This document shows, in pieces, positions 14,237-17,572 of a DNA stretch of 17,572 nt. The stretch comes from Pseudobdellovibrionaceae bacterium. GTDB taxonomy: Bacteria > Bdellovibrionota > Bdellovibrionia > Bdellovibrionales > Bdellovibrionaceae. The notes below the pieces were generated by a model. That model was not told the origin of the DNA and searched no databases. It saw nothing but the letters and a program-made list of their open reading frames with translations. Where the stretch lies: assembly GCA_041288045.1 (NCBI GenBank), contig JBGGMM010000163.1:1-17572 (forward strand), read 5' to 3'. Numbering within the stretch: position 1 is the first letter of the stretch; each line of letters begins with the position of its first letter. Both the position numbers and the translations under genes were made by a program.

Positions 14237-15241
14237 ATGGCAAAACTCAAAGTCGGTATCAATGGTTTTGGTCGCATCGGTCGCGTTTTGTTTCGCGCCG
14301 GATTTGAACAATTCGAAGTCGTCGGCATCAACAACATGGACAGTGTCGAGGGTGCAGCCCATCTTCTGAAGTACGACAGTGCTCACGGCATTTTTAAACA
14401 CGATGTCTCTTTCGATGAAAAAAGCATCATCGTCAATGGCAAGAAAATTCCAGTTTCCAAATCGAAAAATCCAGCTGAAATCCCGTGGAAGCAATGGGGA
14501 GCCGATATCATTCTTGAGTGCACAGGCGCTTTTAAGAAAAAAGAAGATTTCCAGCTGCATTTGCAAGCGGGAGCGAAGCGGGTCATGGTCTCGGCACCAG
14601 CTGAAGGCGCAGATTTGACCATCGTTTACGGAATCAATCATGAAACTTACGATCCCAGCAAGCACACCATCGTCAGTAACGCCTCTTGCACGACCAACTG
14701 TCTGGCGCCTGTGGCGAAAGTCATGCATGAAGCTTTCGGAGTCGAAAGTGGAATGATGACCACCATTCACTCTTACACCAACGATCAAAGAATCCTCGAT
14801 GCTCCTCATAGTGATTTGCGACGAGCTCGTTCAGCAGCTGTGAGTATGATTCCGACCACCACGGGAGCTGCGAAAGCTGTGGGATTGGTTCTCCCGGAGC
14901 TGAAAGGCAAAATCGACGGCACTTCGATCCGAGTTCCTACTCCGAATGTGAGCTTGGTGGATTTCACTTTCAATTCAGCTCGTGATCTCAGCATTGAAGC
15001 CATCAACGAAGCTTTGAAGAAGGCCTCTCAAGGAGCCTTGAAAGGGGTTTTGGCGGTTGAAGAAAATGAATTGGTGAGTGTCGATTTCAATGGCAACCCT
15101 TACTCTTCCATCGTCGATCTTCCCTGCACCATGGTGATTGGCAAACGTCTTGGAAAAGTGATGTCTTGGTATGACAACGAAACAGGCTTTTCAAATCGCA
15201 TGGTGGATTTGGCCCATTACATGGAAAAACGAGGTCTTTAA
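14237..15241 (+). CDS. gap: Type I glyceraldehyde-3-phosphate dehydrogenase
   Basis: GINGFGRIGR, SNASCTTNCLAP, WYDNETGFSNR; SD AAGGA. Confidence 0.98.
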   Translation: MAKLKVGINGFGRIGRVLFRAGFEQFEVVGINNMDSVEGAAHLLKYDSAHGIFKHDVSFDEKSIIVNGKKIPVSKSKNPAEIPWKQWGADIILECTGAFKKKEDFQLHLQAGAKRVMVSAPAEGADLTIVYGINHETYDPSKHTIVSNASCTTNCLAPVAKVMHEAFGVESGMMTTIHSYTNDQRILDAPHSDLRRARSAAVSMIPTTTGAAKAVGLVLPELKGKIDGTSIRVPTPNVSLVDFTFNSARDLSIEAINEALKKASQGALKGVLAVEENELVSVDFNGNPYSSIVDLPCTMVIGKRLGKVMSWYDNETGFSNRMVDLAHYMEKRGL

Positions 15242-16458
15242 TGGCAGCCGGTCTCAAAGGGATTAAAACCATCCGTGATTTTGAGTTGAATGACAAAGTG
15301 GTCTTTTTGCGATTGGACCTCAATGTGCCAATCGAAAATGGCAAGATCAGTGATGAAACCAGAATCACAGCCAGCCTTCCCACCATTCAGTATGCTCTAG
15401 AAAAGGGAGCAAAGCTGGTGATGGCCTCTCATTTGGGACGTCCGAAAGCTTTTGGAGATAAGAAGTACTCTCTCGAGCCAGTGGCCAACCGACTGACTGA
15501 ACTTTTGAAGCGAGAAGTGATTTTGATTGAGGATCCTAAATCAGAAGCTGTGAAACCGCTTCTGGTTGGGCTTCGGAAAAACCAAGTCATCCTGCTTGAA
15601 AACCTTCGCTACGAAGCTGGTGAGACTGAGAATTCAGAAGAATTCGCTCAAGTGCTGGCGAGCTACAGTCAAATCTACATCAATGATGCTTTCGGCGCTT
15701 CTCACCGAGCGCATGCTTCGATCGATGCTTTGCCTCGGTTGATGAAAGATCGGGGGATTGGCTTTCTGATTGAAAAAGAAATTAAGATGCTCGATCAGCT
15801 GATGGAAAATCCAAAACGTCCTTATATTGCAATTATGGGCGGAGCCAAAGTCAGTGACAAAATCGAAGTGATTGAAAAACTCATGAATGTGGTCGATGGC
15901 TTTGTGATTGGTGGAGCCATGGCTTACACTTTCTTAAAAGCCAAAGGCATGGCAGTGGGCCGCTCCTTGGTTGAGCAGGACAAGGTTGGATACGCCAAAG
16001 AGATGATGGCGCGAATCGAGGCCAGAAATAAAACTCTGCTTCTGCCTGTGGATCATCAAGTGACAATGGATATAGCATCTAATCAAGTGCAACTGGCTCC
16101 GACGCCAGCAATTGAAGAAAATTTTATGGGCGTCGATATCGGCCCCCAGACAATTAAAAATTATTCGACAGCAATTCAAAACGCGGCCACTGTTTTTTGG
16201 AACGGTCCTATGGGAATTTTTGAAAACCCAGTTTATTCCAAAGGAACTTTTGCCATTGCCAAGGCCTTAGCTGAAAGCAAAGCTGTGAAAATCGTTGGCG
16301 GCGGGGATTCTGCTGCAGCTGCTGAAGCTTCAGGATTTGCCTCCAAGATGACTCATATCTCAACAGGTGGCGGTGCCTCTTTGGAATACTTGCAAGGCGA
16401 TCGATTGCCAGGTCTCGAAGTCCTCCGGCCTAAAAAAACTTCGGAGAATTTGCAGTGA
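15241..16458 (+). CDS. pgk: Phosphoglycerate kinase
   Basis: RLDLNVP, SHLGRP, LLENLRY, NDAFGASHRAHAS, GGAKVSDK, HISTGGGASLE; TAATG overlap with gap. Confidence 0.98.
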   Translation: MAAGLKGIKTIRDFELNDKVVFLRLDLNVPIENGKISDETRITASLPTIQYALEKGAKLVMASHLGRPKAFGDKKYSLEPVANRLTELLKREVILIEDPKSEAVKPLLVGLRKNQVILLENLRYEAGETENSEEFAQVLASYSQIYINDAFGASHRAHASIDALPRLMKDRGIGFLIEKEIKMLDQLMENPKRPYIAIMGGAKVSDKIEVIEKLMNVVDGFVIGGAMAYTFLKAKGMAVGRSLVEQDKVGYAKEMMARIEARNKTLLLPVDHQVTMDIASNQVQLAPTPAIEENFMGVDIGPQTIKNYSTAIQNAATVFWNGPMGIFENPVYSKGTFAIAKALAESKAVKIVGGGDSAAAAEASGFASKMTHISTGGGASLEYLQGDRLPGLEVLRPKKTSENLQ

Positions 16459-17192
16459 AAAAAATCTTTGCCGCCAACTGGAAACTTCACAAAAATCCCC
16501 AAGAGACTCGGCAATTTTTCACCGAGTGGAAAAAGCAATGGAATACTTCCTCCCAGGATGAAGTGGTTTTCTTTCCTCCAGCAACCAATCTAGAAGCCAC
16601 TGCTCAGGCTTTAGACGGAACGTCCCTCCGTTGGGGATCGCAAAACTGTTACTCTGAAGTCAAAGGTGCTTTCACGGGAGAGATTTCAGCTCAGACCGTG
16701 AAAGATCTCGGCGGACAGTATGTATTGATTGGCCACAGTGAAAGGCGCAGTCTTTTTCTAGAGAAAGACAATCTGATCGCCAAAAAAGTGGCGCTGGCGC
16801 AGAAACTGGATTTGATTCCGCTTCTTTGCATTGGCGAAACTTTGGGTGAGCGAGAATCCGGGCGGACCCTTTATATTTTACGATCACAATTGGAAGAGGG
16901 ACTTTCGCAGGCTGACTCCATGAAACGATTGGTGATTGCCTATGAACCGGTTTGGGCGATTGGGACTGGCAAAGTGGCAAACAATGATCAAGTCAAAGAA
17001 GCCCATAAAGAAGTGAATTCACTTCTTCAGTCCTTGGGATTTCCAGGCGCCACTCCAATTCTTTATGGTGGCAGTGTCAAAGCAGAAAATGCCAAAGAGC
17101 TGGTTTCCATTCCGCATGTGAATGGGTTTTTGGTCGGCGGTGCATCGCTTGAGGTACCAAGCTTTTTGCAGATCTGCCGCTCAAATTCTTAA
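16455..17192 (+). CDS. tpiA: Triosephosphate isomerase
   Basis: AANWKL, GAFTGEIS, IGHSERR, AYEPVWAIGTG, LYGGSV, LVGGASL; GTG start overlapping the pgk stop (GTGA). Confidence 0.98.
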   Translation: MKKIFAANWKLHKNPQETRQFFTEWKKQWNTSSQDEVVFFPPATNLEATAQALDGTSLRWGSQNCYSEVKGAFTGEISAQTVKDLGGQYVLIGHSERRSLFLEKDNLIAKKVALAQKLDLIPLLCIGETLGERESGRTLYILRSQLEEGLSQADSMKRLVIAYEPVWAIGTGKVANNDQVKEAHKEVNSLLQSLGFPGATPILYGGSVKAENAKELVSIPHVNGFLVGGASLEVPSFLQICRSNS

Positions 17193-17211
17193 CGCGAATT
17201 CTTAAATTGGA

Positions 17212-17235
17212 GAAAAAGAGTGTTAGCTCTTTTTC
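17212..17235. terminator. Inverted repeat between convergent tpiA and the small ORF (possible bidirectional terminator)
   Basis: GAAAAAGAG-TGTTAG-CTCTTTTTC, perfect 9-bp AT-rich stem. Confidence 0.45.
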
Positions 17236-17447
17236 AAATTGATTTTCTTGTTTGTTTTTCGGTCCGCGATCTTCATGGTGTTTTTGCTCTTCGCGGTTGG
17301 TTTTGATTCAAGCTCGGCAGCCGTGATTTCTTTGATGGCTTTCGGCTGAGAAGCAAGATTTCCACCCATTGGAGCTGACAACATCCCCACCAGAATCAAA
17401 GCTGAAACAGCAAAAAACAATCGCACAGCTTCATTCCAAATTGTCAT
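17223..17447 (-). CDS. Small hypothetical exported/membrane protein with basic tail
   Basis: 74 aa; hydrophobic LFFAVSALILVGML followed by a Lys-rich C-terminus; fills an otherwise empty gap; weak SD (GGGGG). Confidence 0.55.
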   Translation of the reverse strand: MTIWNEAVRLFFAVSALILVGMLSAPMGGNLASQPKAIKEITAAELESKPTAKSKNTMKIADRKTNKKINLKKS

Positions 17448-17492
17448 ATTTACTTTTGAACCCCCGGTAAATGAGAGAACAGATCCTCCGCA

Positions 17493-17515
17493 GCCCTGAA
17501 TTGCACATTCAGGGC
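17493..17515. other. Strong hairpin just after a probable upstream gene end
   Basis: GCCCTGAAT-TGCAC-ATTCAGGGC, perfect 9-bp stem; no U-tract on either strand. Confidence 0.45.
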
Positions 17516-17520
17516 CAGGG

Positions 17521-17571
17521 CTAGCGAAAGCCCAGGATTGTCAGCATGTCAGACAGACCTGCAAAATCTTC
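17521..17571 (-). CDS. Probable 3' end of a gene entering from beyond the window
   Basis: Minus frame reads EDFAGLSDMLTILGFR* to TAG at 17523-17521, followed by a hairpin; too short to identify. Confidence 0.3.
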   Translation of the reverse strand, partial: EDFAGLSDMLTILGFR

Positions 17572-17572
17572 A

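Noticed and set aside
14234..14809. 191-aa antisense ORF to gap, and similar shadow ORFs such as 9631-10410, 461-976, 3649-4071 and 7878-8303
   Set aside because: They overlap well-supported genes, have no recognisable motifs, and are expected codon-bias shadows.
1..17572. tRNA, rRNA, CRISPR array, prophage or defence island
   Set aside because: No cloverleaf (including next to secG, where tRNA-Leu often lies), no spaced direct repeats and no phage or defence genes were seen by eye.

Overview
Bacterial chromosomal window of moderate GC. Gene content (AgmX/PglI-type TonB-C protein, SPL-like radical SAM, protein style) suggests a Bdellovibrio-like organism; this is inference only. The left half holds a GHMP sugar kinase (5'-truncated by the window), a DUF429-like RNase H-fold protein, a broken HUH/Y1 (RAYT/IS200-like) transposase remnant absent from the ORF track, a Nudix hydrolase, a secreted CsgG/FlgT-like protein, a coupled pair of a degenerate ParB-like protein and a spore-photoproduct-lyase-like radical SAM enzyme, and a HAD phosphatase. 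The middle holds a CPA2 cation:proton antiporter with two RCK_C domains, a 96-aa leader ORF upstream of it, an unannotated 49-aa membrane protein, an AgmX/PglI-like protein and secG. The right half is housekeeping: hypothetical-tmk-holB-tatD-gap-pgk-tpiA. The most striking signal is the 96-aa leader ORF ending in ...SIFHPPK. Its HPPK codons are complementary to the antiporter Shine-Dalgarno region and its stop codon lies in a terminator-like hairpin, which is the layout of a ribosome-stalling attenuator, here in front of an ion antiporter. Several genes also appear to be leaderless.
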